A stretch of DNA of 64,000 nucleotides from the human T2T-CHM13v2.0 reference genome, Homo sapiens (GCF_009914755.1 NC_060929.1); one strand, 5' to 3'; positions 44,801-60,342 are shown, counted from the first letter of the stretch. The notes: generated by a model not told the origin, from the sequence alone. Numbers and translations: made by a program.

Positions 44801-47433
44801 GATCAAAGTCTCTCTGAATAAGATTATGACACAAAACCAGAGAGTTGATATACCTCTGAGGTAGGACAGCAAAGGTATATTGCTGGCCTTGCCAGCTGAA
44901 GGCAAATTGCTTCTGGTGGGCCTTATGGATAGGAATGGAGAAAAAGGCATTTGCCAAGTCAATGGTTGCATATCAGTTACCAGGAAATGTTTTAATTTGC
45001 TCAAGCAATGAAACCACATCTGGTACAGCAGCTGCAATTGGAGTCACTGCTTGGTTAAGCTTATAATAATCCACTCTCATTCTCCAAGATCCACCTGTTT
45101 TCTGCACAGGCCAAATGGAAGAGTTGAATGGGGATGTGGTGGGAATCACCACCCTTGCATCTTTCAACTCCTTGATGGTGGCACTAATGTCTGCAATCCC
45201 TCCAGGGATGCAATATTTTCTTCGATTTACTATTTTTATAGGTAGAGGCAGCTCTAAAGGCTTCCATTTGGCCTTTCCCACCATAATACCCCTCAACCTA
45301 CCAGTCAGGGAGGTAATGTGGGGGTTCTGCCAGCTACTAAGTATGTCTATGCCAATTATGCATTCTGGCACTGGGGAAATTACCACAGGCCGAGTCCAGG
45401 GACCCACTGGGCCCACTGTAAGTCAGACCAGAGCTAAAACTCCATTAATTACCTGACCCCCATAATCCCCTACTTTAACTGGAGGACCACAATGATGTCT
45501 TGTGTCCCTTGGAATCAACGTCAGCTCAGAGCCAGTGTCCAGTAGTCCCTGAAATGTCTGATCATTTTCCTTTCCCCAATGCATGGTTAACCTGATAAAA
45601 GGCTGGAGGCCTCCTTGGGGAAGGAGGGGAAAAATATTCACTCCATAAATTGTCGGAAATGTAGTGGGGGCCCTACATTAGGGGTACCGTTCTTCAAGGG
45701 GACCTCGCCTCTCCTTCACTCCAGGGGTTCTGGGTCTGTAAACTGGCTCAAGTCTGGAAATGAATTGAGGGGCCATGATTCTATTTTTATAATTCAAATT
45801 AGTATTTTGTCCATTTAACCTAGAAGTTTTCTGCTTGTATAAATTAAATAGGAATGCAGTAGGCTTCCTATCAATTTCACTTCTAGGGACACAGTGATTA
45901 ATTAGCCAATGCCAGAGCTCTACGCGAGTCACACTATTCTGATTGCCACTTTGCATCTGCTGTCCATTATGGTAGCTACACCCACCTTGCCTTTGACAGA
46001 TGAATGCTGCCACTTGGCTCCTGCCACCTTGGGATCAAATTATTCCCATTGTATTTAAATTTTATAGTTGAATAACTGCAGTTCCCACCATTAGATCTGA
46101 TACACAGAGAAGAGCAATTGCAGGGCTCTTTAAAGATGCAGGTGCTGCCGTGAAAAATCTATTTCACAAGGCTTTGGTCAAGGGTATATCTTCTGGACTC
46201 TCCCAGCTGGGATGAGTAGGTCTAAAGTGACTAATCCACTCCACGATCCCGATTTCCCTAGCCCTTTGGATCTCTTCCTCTACAACCAGGAAAGATCAGG
46301 CATTTCCAGCTTGCTCACGGTGGCCCATCTTTTAATCCATATTTTGGCTAACAATGCAAATAAAGCATTAGAGACTTTTACAATGCCCAGAGTTGAACAT
46401 TAAAAGCAGAGTTCCTACTTAGTGAGCCCAGATCAATAAATTCAGCCTGATCCGACTCTGTGTTCCTTCCACCATTATCCCACACCCTTAATATCCATCC
46501 CCATGCCTGTCCTCCAGATTTCTGTTTACATAAATTAGAGAACTCAAACAGTTCTTTTCAAGTGTGGTGCATGTCCTCATGTGTCACAATCTCAACCTCA
46601 CCTCTAGTGGCCTGCCGGGACTTTAGTTATAGATTTAGAAGCAGAGATGATGGGGGTGGCTCCTGAGGATGATCAACATTATCTTGCCTGGCAACTACCT
46701 CAGGGGAGGCCATCACTGTTGCCGTTGCCTCAGGCAGCACAGAGTTTATGTTCTCAGCCAAAGGTAGAAAGGCTGACAGCAGCATGGGTTGGGGAGTGGA
46801 TGTCGCCACTACTGGGGATGGGGAAGCTCTTCATTCTGGCCAAAAAATATTCACCAGAGTTTACAAACTCAGCATCCCCAGGTTTATTGGGGTCCTCCCA
46901 CATGTCCCCATTCCAAGTTTCAGGGTCCCCTTCTTTTCCAGTCAATGCCCTCAATTTAACAGTAGATACCTGGCGAGGTCGTGCATGCATCTTTCACTGC
47001 AGGTCAGCCACTCACATGATAAGAGCTTATGTCTGTTTTTCCGCAATTTCAGCTGTTTCTCTACAGGAGATAAGAATCTCACTCAGGGCAATCTTAGCAA
47101 ATTTGAGGCTCAGTATCTGCTTCTGAAGCCAGGAGATAGAATCTCTCAGTTCATAATTTTCTTTCATCACTTTGTGCACTGAACTTAGGAGTAACCAACC
47201 AGCTTCATTATGTTCCTTGGATCTCCACATATAGTCAAAGGTATTATGTATAGAGTCACTAAACTTCTTGCCTCTTCTGAGCAGTAAATCAGGCGTTTCA
47301 AATGCATTTATTTTGCATAACTCTCTAAAGAGTTTCTGCAAAGGACTATCAGTGTTCTCCATACTATTAGAAGTAGAGTCCTTAGCATTTCTGGGTCTAA
47401 TCATATTAGGCATCTAACTGCAGAAACCCAAAA
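41888..47433 (-). mobile_element. HERV-L internal region (gag, pro, RT, RNase H, IN, dUTPase; no env), decayed; 5' LTR and PBS absent
   Basis: ORF fragments: gag NMIRPRNAKDSTSNSMENTDSP; protease LLDTGSE; RT LPQRYINS and HYIGDI (catalytic YIDD mutated); RNase H WFTDGSA; integrase HEQSGH...CPVCQ; dUTPase GVIDPDYQDEI near 42468-42500. Confidence 0.95.
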
Positions 47434-47437
47434 AAAA

Positions 47438-49112
47438 ACTGCCCAACAAAATAAAAGAGGACACAAACAAATGGAAGAACATTCCATGGTCATGGATAGG
47501 AAGAATCAATGTCATGAAAATGGTCATACTGCCCAAGGTAATTTATAGATTCAATGCCATCCCCATCAAGCTACCAATGACTTTCTTCACAGAATTGGAA
47601 AAAACTACTTTAAAGTTCATATGGAACCAAAAAAGAGCCCACATTGCCAAGAGAATCCTAAGCCAAAAGAACAAAGCTGGAGGCATCATACTACCTGACT
47701 TCAAACTATACTACAAGGCTACAGTAACCAAAACAGCATGGTACTGGTACCAAAACAGAGATATAGACCAATGGAACAGAACAGAGCCCTCAGAAATCAT
47801 ACCACACATCTACAACCATCTGATATTTGACAAACCTGAGAAAAACAAGCAATGGGGAAAGGATTCCCTATTTAATAAATGGTGCTGGGAAAACTGTCTA
47901 GCCATATGTAGAAAGCTGAAACTGGATCCCTTCCTTGCACCTTACACAAAAATTAATTCAAGATGGAATAAAGACTTACATGTTAGACCTAAAACCATAA
48001 AAACCCTAGAAGAAACCCTAGGCAATACCATTCAGGACATAGGGATGAGCAGGGACTTCATGTCTAAAACACCAAAAGCAATGGCAACAAAAGACAAAAT
48101 AGACAAATGGGATCTAATTAAACTAAAGAGCTTCTGCACAGCAAAAGAAACTACCATCAGAGTGAACAGGCAACCTACAGAATGGGAGAAAATTTTTGCA
48201 ATCTCCTCATCTGTCAAAGGGCTAATATCCATAATCTACAAAGAACTTAAACAAATTTACAAGAAAAAAATCAAACAACCCCATCAAAAAGTGGGCAAAG
48301 TGTATGAACAGACACTTCAAAAGAAGACATTTATGCAGCCAACAGACACATGAAATAATGCTCATCATCACTGGCCATCAGAGAAATGCAAATCAAAACC
48401 ACACCAGTGGTTTTGATACCACTCACACCAGTTAGAATGGTGATCATTAAAAAGTCAGGAAATAACAGGTGTTGGAGAGGATGTGGAGAAATAGGAATGC
48501 TTTTACACTGTCGGTGGGAGTGTAAACTAGTTCAACCACTGTGGAAGACATTGTGGCGATTCCTCAAGGATGTAGAACTAGAAATACCACATGACCCAGT
48601 GATCCCATTACTGGGTATACACCCAAAGGATTATAAATCATGCTACCATAAAGACACATGCACACGTATGTTTGTTGCAGCACTATTCACAATAGCAAAG
48701 ACTTGGAACCAACCCAAATGTCCATCAATGATAGACTGGATTAAGAAAATGTGGCACATATACACCATGGAATACTATGCAACCATAAAAAAGGATGAGT
48801 TCCTGTCCTTTGTAGGGACATGGATGAAGCTGGAAACCGTCATTCTCAGCAAACTATTGCAAGAACAGAAAACCAAACACCACATGTTCTCACTCATAGG
48901 TGAGAATTGAACAATGAGAACACTTGGACACAAGGCAGGGAATATCACACACCAGGGCCTGTCATGGGGTCTGGGGATGGGGGAGGGATAGCATTAGGAG
49001 AAATACCTAATGTAAATGATGAGTTAATGGGTGCAGCAAACCAACATGGCACATGTATACATATGTGACAAACCTGCACGTTGTGCACATGTACCCTAGG
49101 ACTTAATGTACA
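47438..49112 (+). mobile_element. 5'-truncated L1PA (about PA5-PA7), 3' 1.7 kb: ORF2 C-terminus and 3'UTR
   Basis: ORFs 47514-48353 and 48386-48910 match L1 ORF2 (CWRGCGEIG..LHC zinc knuckle). G-rich 3'UTR. No poly(A) tail. Confidence 0.95.
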
Positions 49113-49129
49113 AGAAATGAAATAATGCT

Positions 49130-50059
<930 letters not shown>

Positions 50060-50492
50060 TACAGTACATATATGCAAGGAGATTTATATAGCAATAATCA
50101 TTGTTGATTATTTGAGAGACAAAAAGGAATGTAAAGATCTGGCTGGAGGGTAAATACTTAAGGAAATATGAATGATTATTAAAATAATAGTATAAATGTG
50201 TTAGCTCTGAAGAACTACCCATAATTTGTTGGTAATTGAGAAAATCACATTGTGTCAAAATACGATATAATGTACAACGTAAGGTTGTATTTTGCTAAAA
50301 ATTATAAATAATAAAACTCCATATATGTGGTATTCATATTTATTAATATAAACACATATAAAGTTAGGGAAGAATATAACCAAGGCATGAGTCACTTGAG
50401 GGAAGGTAGAGAAGAAAACTATGCTTTAATGACTTAGTTCCCTTTATGCATCTTTCATAGTTTTAATTGATTAAGTAGGATTCTATTTCTTC

Positions 50493-50523
<31 letters not shown>

Positions 50524-51667
50524 TACACATATATGTATATATATCTTTATAACCATATATGTGTGTGTGTATATAGTTATTATCTTTTAAAAGGTTATGG
50601 GTTTTATTTGAGCCAGTTATGTGAAAAAGTCAGAATGTTTTACCACTCTTTGTCAGTATATTAAGAGTCAACAGAAAAACAAGGTAAAATCTCATTTCCA
50701 TGCAGTCTCGAAGCTTTGCTTGATTCTCATTCTGCATTGCATAAGAATTTGACTTTCCTTGTGCTCATTCTTGCTAAATTCTGTCCTTAATTTGGCTATA
50801 ATTACTAGGCCATTTCATCAAGTTTTCTAGGTATTTCCAGTTAATATTTTTTCAAATGACTGCTTACAGAAGTCTTTCTTAAATTTTTTTTGGATTTGTA
50901 TCCCTGACCATCTCTCATGTCTCCCACATAAGCCCTGTCATTTCTATACCTTTATTCAGCCATAGTTCTGGCCTTTATCAATATGTTCTCATGTGTATTC
51001 TCAGCTAAAATCCAATTCAATGTAACTGAATGGAAGAAAGAATTAACTGCATCCCCGCTATGTATCAAGTGATGTGCTAAGGTGAATCAAACAGGGGCCA
51101 TTGTCCTCAAGAAGTTTTTAGCTCAGTGAGCAAGTAAGAGTGAGATCCACAGAATAGTTGATATTCCAATAAAGGCATTAAGGGAAACTCACTTTCCCTT
51201 GAGGGAAAATTTTCCCAGAAAAAAAGACAATCTCAATCTATAGTCCTGTTTCTTTTTTTATTTTTTTTTTTTAAATAAAAAAGCTAAAAGTTATTCAAAA
51301 ATTATTTGTTTGGGGATTTCTCATCACATTTTTTCTCTTAATTATCCACCTTGTGAATTAAACCATATTATTTGACAGAAACTGATCTAACGTCACAGAA
51401 CATCTTCTGGTTATTGAATAACATAATTTTATAAAGAGGGAGAAATTTAAAAACACAATGAAGCTAATTCAATACACTAAAGAACCAAAATGCAAAACTC
51501 TGACCTATTGAGTCCTCGCTCTGGGAATTCAACGAATGGGGAGAAGCTGTGGGTTGAGGCAAACTAAGGAAGACAGTTAAAGAGTGTCTTTTTAAAGTTT
51601 TCCTGTGCTAGAGAATGGGGTTACTCAACCCAGGGTTGAGCCCATATAACTCTCCACATTGAAATAA

Positions 51668-52048
<381 letters not shown>

Positions 52049-52089
52049 GAACTTTTTCAATCGTAAAGTCCAAAGTATTCACTTACGAG

Positions 52090-52880
52090 TCTGAACTCAT
52101 TCTGTATCTTCTCTTGTATGTATCAGAGTAAGAAGCTGGCACTTTCTTACTCTTCTCTCAGTAACCCAAGATTGAAATTTTATGGTTAATATCGATTTTT
52201 CTTTCATCATTTCTCCTCACTATAAGCTTTCAAAGTGTTTGTGATTCTTTCTTCTTAGAAGTCTCCCAAATCCACCCCTTCTCTCCATCACAGTTACCAC
52301 TGGGTTCATTCATACATCATACTTTCTTACTTAGATTGTCGTACTTATCCTGTAAGTGGTCTCATTACCTCTGTTCCTGTTCATCTCTCCATCCAGTCCA
52401 TTCACCCTGCTTGTCAATGTGTTATTTCTGAAATTGGAGTTTGATCCTTTTCTGCATAAAATATTTGAGAGCTTCCCCACAGTCTCAGAAGGAAGGCATC
52501 TTGATCTGATGCCTGTCTAGGTTTCTCACAGAATCATTTGGCTCATTCACTCTGAATTTCAGCAAACTAAACTGTATAATCTGGCTTTAAAAGTGCCAAC
52601 CCATCCACATCTAATCCCCTTCAAACTAGATAGTTTCTATTTATCTGCCCGGATTTTAGTGGTTTTCCATCCTCTGTGAAGTTGCTTCTGAACTTCTCAT
52701 TGTAATAAGCTGCCACTCCATTCTGATGCCAAAGAATGCCTTGTCATTCAATACTTCCCTATTATACTATCTTTTCTTTTAAAGGTTTCATCTTTCCAAC
52801 TTCACTCTCATTGAGGGGAGGAGCCAAATTTCATTCATTTTCATAACTCCAGTAACCATGCACATCTGATTTTTAATAAA
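52090..52880 (+). mobile_element. L2 3' fragment
   Basis: aaatccaccccttctctccatc...cttacttagattg...ccagtccattc...tttctgaaattggagtttgatc motifs. Confidence 0.6.
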
Positions 52881-53589
52881 TATTATTAAAAATAAAATAT
52901 GATAATTGAAAATTTTATTATTAATTTCAATAAGGCATATCAAATAAGTAAACAAAAATTTAAAAATCACAAAAATGTGTAAAAATATTAAAATAATACC
53001 AGGAGAAAACTTGGCTCAGTGGAATTCTAAAGTCAGTCAAGAGATCAATATAAAAAATGTGTTTTTTTGTAAATCTCAATTTAAACAGACAACCTACTAT
53101 TAAAAGCAAAAATAATAACATTATAAGCTGGGTTTTATAAGGTCACAAATAATACGTATGACAAACGTAGAAAAAATGGAAGGGATAGGTAATTGTAATT
53201 ATATTGTCATAAAAGCAGAGTAGTTGCGAATAAGGAGGCTTGAAGGGTAAAGGAAAAATTAGTAGAAAACGTCATGAAGGAAATAAGCAAAGGAAATAGC
53301 CTAGCAAATATAAAGTATCAGATGAGAAGTGGTACAATATTTACTCCAAATATACTTCAATATATTATTTTATTAATGGATATTATTAGCATTTGAATAA
53401 ATAAAGTGATGCATAACTGAAAAAGTCATAGAGAAATTAAAACAGAATAATGAAAGTATTTGAATAAACCAAGATAAAGCAGAAAGAAACATTAGAAAAC
53501 AAAAACAGAGGGGACACAATTAAAATAAAAACAATATTGTAGACATCTACCAAGTCTTATAAATCATCATATTATATATAATTGTATGG

Positions 53590-56060
53590 AGACTTCAGTA
53601 GAAATGGTGGAAAAACAACCTCCAAATTATTTCTTCCATTAAAGCAATGAAAATACTGCCAAAAATTGTAATAAGTAACTGTTTCCAAACTTGGGAAATT
53701 GACCAAAATCTTGCAGCATTCCAGGGATGTATAGAAGAAAAATGTATATGAGAAAGAAATGTATATAAGAAAGAAAAATGTATATAAGAAAAATGTCTGA
53801 ATCTTCATATCTTCAACAATGAGCTTTGAGTTATGTTAATTTGCTCTATTCCCCTCCCTCCACCTCCACTGCAGCCTTGAAAACCAAGATCCACAAATCA
53901 AGGTCAAAATCAGCAGCCTGGTAGCCACTGGAGGGAACAGAATTGAGCTGGAGTTCCTTCAAGCTACATACCCCTAAAATTCTAATTATGTGAACTCTGA
54001 TGGTTCCTCGGAAGACCCCACTCTCAAGTTTGCTGTTATTTGTTCTGACTCAGAATTTACCTAATGCAAATAGCTTTTACCACAGAGGTTTTTCAGAAAC
54101 AATCAGAGGAAATTCTTGAATAGCAAAGCTGCCTGAAATGGTGAATAACAAAACAAACAATAGAATAACTAAAAAAGCTTAAAAGGAAAAGCTAGGGAAT
54201 TAGAGATTTATAAGGAAATTTCAAAGCTCTGACATATTTCAGAAAATCTAGAAGTCACATGCATTTGTAGATTTTGCAAATATCTGGAGAAGTAATTAAA
54301 GTTTAAAAGACATACAAAGAACATAGATCTAACTTCTAGTTAAACTTGGGGTCTTTGCAAGCAGAAATGTATGACAAAGGTGGAGTTGTAAACTTTCCAG
54401 CTGAGTGTTGAAGGTATACCTCAACATATACAACGCTGCCCCATAGTAAATGTTAATATATATATTGGTTCCAGATATTTAAAAATCTCTGTCAAATCAT
54501 TAACTCACTGATAATTAAGGCAAGCTGAGACTTCCACAAGCAAATACAACCAGAAATAAAGATTTTACAAAACTATTGCAGAAAACTTATTAACAACAAC
54601 AATAACAACAAATGGCAGCAACAACAAACACCATAGAGAGGGGAGAACCTGATTTCCAGATTTGCCACATTATAATATTTATAATAGAAGTATAAAGACA
54701 ATATCTCACAAAATAGAAAAAATCAATAACAAAATAAACATTATAAGACACAACTAACATATCTGAAAAAGAAAAGTATAATAATGGAAATTGAAAACTT
54801 ACTAGAAGGGCACAACAACAGATTTAAAAGAAGGCAGAAGAAAGAAACAGCAACATTGACAAGAGGTCAATTGAGATTATTCAGTCTAATAAAGAGAAAG
54901 GAAAAAGAATGACAAAAAAATAAACAGCATATAAGATACCACCAAGCCTAAGAACATATGGATAATGGGAGTCACAGAAATAGAGAGAGAAAAGGAGACA
55001 GAAAGAACACTTGAAGATATAAAGCCGCAAAACTTTCTCTATTTGATAGAAACCATAAATCTACATTCCAGTAGCTCAATGAACCTCAAGTAGCATAAAC
55101 TAAAAGGGATTCATATTGATATACATTGCTATCAAACTCCTAGAAGACAAAACAAAGCCAGAATCCTGAAAGTAGCAAGAGAAAAGAATCTTGTTACCTG
55201 CAAGACATTGAACAGCTGATTTCTAATAAAAAACCACAGAAGCTAGGAGGGAGTTGGATTATATATTCAACATGCTGAAAGAAAACTACTATCAACTAAA
55301 GTTCAATATCTAGCAAACTAGCTGTTAAAAATGATGGAGAAATTACAATGTTCCTAGATAAACAACTACTGAGAAATTTTTTGCTAGTAGATCTGCCCTC
55401 CAGAAATACTAAAGACAGTTCTATAGGCTGAAAAGTTGTATTCCAACACCTTATAAGCAAAAGTTAACTGGAAGTAAATCAAAAGCCTAAATGTAATAGA
55501 TAAAACAATAAAACTCTTAAAATGAAACACAAATGTAAATCTTTACAACATTAGAATAAGCAATGTTTTGTAACTATGATGTCAAAAGCATGGACAAATA
55601 AAAATATAGATAAATTATATACATTAAAACTGTTGTGCTTCAAAATGTGCTACCAAAAAAGTGAAAGTACGACTCACAGAGTGGGAGACAGTATGTACAA
55701 ATTATTATATCTGATAAGGATCTAGTATCTAGAATTTATAAGTAGCACAACTCAACAATAAGGCAAATAGCCTAATTAAAAAGGAATGCAGAATTTGAGT
55801 ACACACTTCTCAAAAGAAGATATGTAAACAATAAATAAAGATAATCAACATCATTAGTCATTACAGAAATGTAAATGAAAACCACAATGGGTTGCCACTT
55901 CACAGTCATTAGGAGAGCTAAAGTTTTTAAAAGACATAAGTAGTGGCAAGGGTAAGGAAAAATTAAAACATTATATATTGCAGATAGATTGTAAAGTGGT
56001 GTAGCCATTTTGATAAGCATTTGTCAATTTCTCAAAATATTACACATATATTTTCCCTGA
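53590..56060 (+). mobile_element. Old L1M element: 5'UTR and ORF1 joined by internal deletion to the ORF2 3' end
   Basis: ORF1-like acagctgatttct...aagctaggagggagttggattatatattcaacatgctgaaagaaaa until about 55435, then ORF2 3' sequence (aaaagcctaaatgtaa...ataaaactctta; atctgataaggatctagtatctagaat). Confidence 0.75.
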
Positions 56061-56519
56061 AATTCACTCATAAAGTATGTGAAATTCCAATTAATATAAC
56101 AAGGGACTTTTTAAAGAAATTAACAAGCTGATTCTAAAAGATACATGAAAATGGAAATGACCTATAATTGTCAAACAGTTTGAAAAAAAAACATAATCAG
56201 CAGATTAACAGTACTTGATTTCAGGTCTCACAAGAAAATTACATTAGTATAAAATATAGACATTCAGATTAAAGGGACAGATTAGTCCAAAAATGTATCC
56301 CCACACATGTAACTATAACCTGAATTTTAACATAGTTTTCTAATGTAATTTAAAATTTAATTTAATGTGACAATATAATTTAACAGAAACAAAGAGATTA
56401 TTCTATCCCCAGAATTCTAATGGCAGTATGCCAGCTAAGAAAACTATTCAGTTGCAAATCCATCCAAACTTTCCATGCCAAAAAAAAAGGAAAAAAAAGA
56501 AAAGGAAGACCAAGACAGA

Positions 56520-57545
56520 CTGCAGAAAAAAAAAGTCCACAGAGTGTAGTCATGAAAATTATTCCTAGGCCTTGAGCCCTAATCAAGGAACTTCTAATAT
56601 TTCTCTGGCTGAATTTCAGAATTGCTATGTACTCTTTTGTGTCTGCCATTTTGCTGTTTTTGAAAAGGAATAGCTGTATTCATTTTTCTATGCTTGTATC
56701 AGCATTGCATTTTGTATTTTGGGGGGCAAATAACATTTCTTTGTAGCTTCACAGAACTACAGATGAAGAGAAACTATATACAAGGACATGGGCTTAAATA
56801 TCTAGAATTTATAAACAGCACAACTCAACAAAAAGGCAATTAGTCCAGTTAAAAATGGACACATCAACACCTGGGCTTGAAATAGATCATGAGATTCTGG
56901 ACTTTGAGATAACACTATAATGGGATGATACTTTTGGGGTACTTGGGTGAAGAGAAGTGTATTTTGTGAGAGAAACATGAATCACTGAGGTGTCAGAGGG
57001 CAGTCTCTGGTAGGCAGCTATTGGAATTACCTCTAATGTGTACTGTCTCCTGTCATTTACACCCTTGTGTAATGTCGTCTTTTTGAGTTTGGGTGGGACA
57101 TAGCGACTCCTTGTAATAAGATAAAAGTGATGGATGTCACTTGGAAATATAGGTTATAAAATGATATTGGCTTCTGTCATGCTTACTCCCTCTTATCATC
57201 TATCACTCTTTGTTGCTCTCTATCTTGGAGCCCTCACTCAGGGCAGAAAGCTGCCATGCATGAGAAGCCCTAAGGAGAGGCTCACGTGGCAAGAAAACTG
57301 ATGACTCCAGTCCACAGCCAACATGAACCTGAGGCCTGCCCAGAGACACACAGGTATCTTGGAAGGAGATTTTCCACAAAATTTTGTCTTGAAATGATTG
57401 CAACCCCAGCTAACACCTTGATCACAGCCATGAGAGTTCCTGAAACAGAGGCACTCAGCTAAGCCATGACTGAATTCCTGACTCACAGAAACTGTGAGAT
57501 AAGGAATGTTTGTTGTTTTAAGCCACTGAGTATTGGGGAAATAAT
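56520..57545 (+). mobile_element. MaLR internal 3' end plus MLT1F-type LTR (LTR from about 57008)
   Basis: gattctggactttgag...gtattttg...catgaat...gtcagagggcag internal end, then LTR with gagaggctcacgtggcaagaaaactga ... aattcctgactcacagaaactgtgagataa. Confidence 0.75.
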
Positions 57546-58074
57546 AAATTCACTAGTGAGGCGTTTGGATGTATCTCAAAATAGTATGCTGAACTAAGTA
57601 AGCTGAACTCAAAAAAACACATCGACTTTGGCTCCATTTGTATACATTTATAGGCCAAACGAAACTAAGCTGTAGTTAGAGAAATCAAATAGGCAGTTGT
57701 CAGGGGCAGGAGTGTACCAATTAACTGCAATATATTCTTTACTTCATTTGGGACAGTTTATAAAGTTTTCAAATGTCTCCACATTATATACTTATTAATG
57801 CAAAATGTACCTCTATAAAATCAAGATGAAGAAATTTACATTCAAAAAAGGATTGTGGTATTTTTATAGCTTACTAATGAATGTGCAAATTATTTTCCAT
57901 TCTATATGTTTTTGGGAACCACTGACAGAATTTTTCTCTAAGATGATCGAACACTTTTTACTCTCCTGTCGTTAAAAAATAATTACTTAATATCCCAAAC
58001 AAACTTCAGGGCCTGATTGTCACTCTTTTTCCTACCCACAGCCCAAAATACTTGTTTTGCATTTACAATATTAC

Positions 58075-58490
58075 CACCTCCTCAAAAATATCCATGTCTT
58101 AATCTACAGAACTTGTCAATATGTTATTTTGCATGGAGAATAGGCTTTGCTGATGTGAGTAATTTAAGGAGAGTTAATCTGGATTATCCAGATATGCCCA
58201 ATAAAATCCCAAGAGTTGTTATAAGAGAAAAGGGGAGGCAGGAGAGCCAGAAGAAACCTGTGAAGACATAAGCAAGTGTCAGTGAGAGAGAGAGAAAGAG
58301 TTGAAGATGCTATAATACTTGCTTTAAAGCTGGAAAATGGGTTACAAGAGAAGGAATTCAGGCTTCTAAAAGCTGAAAAAAAACAGAATCTCCTTTAGAG
58401 TCTCCAAAAGAAAAGCAGCCCTGTCCACACCTTGATTCCAGAAATTGTGACTTCCAGAACTGTCAGATGATACCATTATGTTGTTTTAAT
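58075..58490 (+). mobile_element. MLT1D-type MaLR LTR
   Basis: aaatatccatgtcttaatc...ctttgctgatgtga...ctggattatccagat...ttataagagaaaaggggaggcaggagag...cacaccttgatt. Confidence 0.75.
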
Positions 58491-58509
58491 TTTGTCAGAT
58501 ATCCTGCTA

Positions 58510-58680
58510 AAACATTAATAGTTTTAGTACCACTTTGAAGTATTATTATACTCATATTTTTAAATTAAGAAACTGAATCTTATTGTTGTCAATAAATTTG
58601 CCCAAGATCACAAAGCTGCTAAGTAATAGAATGTAGATTTGAACCACAGTAATGTCAGAGCCTGGGCTCTTATAATTTAG
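58510..58680 (-). mobile_element. MIR SINE
   Basis: tattattatactcatattttaaattaagaaactga...aatttgcccaagatcacaaagctgctaagt...gatttgaacc core. Confidence 0.8.
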
Positions 58681-60134
58681 CCAAACAACATTATTATGTA
58701 TGCACAGGCATAATGACTGATAAGTCTAAGTGTACAAAACTGTAAATACATTTTTGCATCTTCTGCATTGGTTATATACTAAATGACCAAAATTAAGATT
58801 AAACATTATGTATATGTCCCTTCTTAAGTAAACATCAATAATTAAGAGCTGGTGAATTATTGTGTGATATTTATAAGGGTCTTATATTTATCTTCTGATA
58901 TTCATATTCATAATGTTTCTGATATAATTTTATATAGATATTACCTACATACATAATCATAGGATAAATAAAGGGATTCTTATCTCTGTTTCATATTTTA
59001 GCAGCTATATAGTGAACAGTTACTAAGAACCAACTAACTGCAAATACTATTTAGGACTATACCATATAAAAATACGTGGAAATCCAAAGACAAATGGAAT
59101 ATCATTCAGAACAAGATCACATCAGAAGTCTGAAAAGGTAAGTAGAGCTCAGTCCCTTGAATGGCATGCTTTGTAGTTTAAAGTTTTTATTTAAAAAAGA
59201 TATATCCATGCAATTATTTTAATCTAAAAATAGAGATGAAAAGAGAGGGATATAGCAGAAGCAAAATTGAACTTTAGAAAGGTAAAACAAATTGTAATTT
59301 GACTTACAAGGGGCAAGCATGGAGAAAACCTCACAGTTCAGAGGAGACTAAAGAAAAGTGAATCCTATTCAGGAGCACATTAAAGAGAAAATAAATAGGC
59401 ATTTTATTTAAGAAATTAGAAACATTGATTTTAGGACATAAGGAAGTAGTTGAGTCAAGGAAGTATCAAGAATGGCAATTTGTTTACTATCTGAGAGACT
59501 GAGGAGGTGGTATCTTTTATAGGCTAAAGGTAATATAGAAGACACTAAAATGTAAGTGAGAGTTTAAAAATAGAAGATGATATAAACATAATGATAGTTG
59601 GGGAAAACTGAGTTTTGAGCTACCTGTAAATTCAGTGGATGTGTGCAGTTGACACATAAATGAGACATCAGAAAATAAAAGACATGAACTATAAAACCTA
59701 AAAGGATTCACATATTGCAGTTAAAGTTAAAAGAAAAACAGGTGGGAACACCAAGAACACATTTAAAAACTTGGAATCATAAACATTTATGAAAAGAGAA
59801 GATAAACACATACACCTATGAAAAGGAAAGAATGGGAAAAACAAAGAAGCACCTTCTGGAGAATTCTGAGGGACTCTACTATTTCTCTATATAGCTAGAT
59901 CCAGGGTATTAATCACTTTTGGACATATTACTGGTCTTTGAGATTTACTCCAAAATAACATGGGTTTGGTGCACTGAAGAGGTGATGAAAAAGCTAGCAT
60001 AGATAAACACCTACATTTTAGAGCTCAGAAGCTAGGGCTCACAAATTTTGGAGCCTGGGCAGAAATACCTGGGTGGCAGGGTGACAACTATTATGGACTG
60101 AATATTTGTGCCCCCTTAAAATTTATATTAAGGG

Positions 60135-60342
60135 GGGCTGGGCATAGTGGCTCATGCCTATAGTCCCAACTGTTCAGAAGGCAGAGGCAGGAGGATAACT
60201 TGAGCCCTAGTGGTGGAGGCTGAAGTGAGCATAACCGTGCCACAGCACTCCAGCCTGGGCAAAAAACTGAAACCTTGTCAAAAATAAAATAAAATTAAAA
60301 TAAAATAAAATAAAATAAAATAAAATAAAATAAATAAATAAA
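60135..60342 (+). mobile_element. Free right Alu monomer (FRAM/FAM-like) with (TAAAA)n tail
   Basis: Single Alu arm of about 145 bp followed by a pentamer tail. Confidence 0.8.

Noticed and set aside
43196-47413. Functional or domesticated HERV-L gag-pol
   Set aside because: It is broken into many short frames, the RT YIDD motif reads YIGD, and the 5' LTR and PBS are absent.
47514-48910. 279-aa and 174-aa ORFs as genes or an active L1
   Set aside because: These are frameshifted pieces of a 5'-truncated L1 ORF2 with no promoter, EN or RT core.
48965-48988. G-quadruplex motif
   Set aside because: Ordinary G-rich tract of the L1PA 3'UTR.
51624-51640. Palindrome CTCAACCC-a-GGGTTGAG
   Set aside because: A lone 8-bp stem is expected a few times by chance in 64 kb, and no consensus is available to show it is derived.
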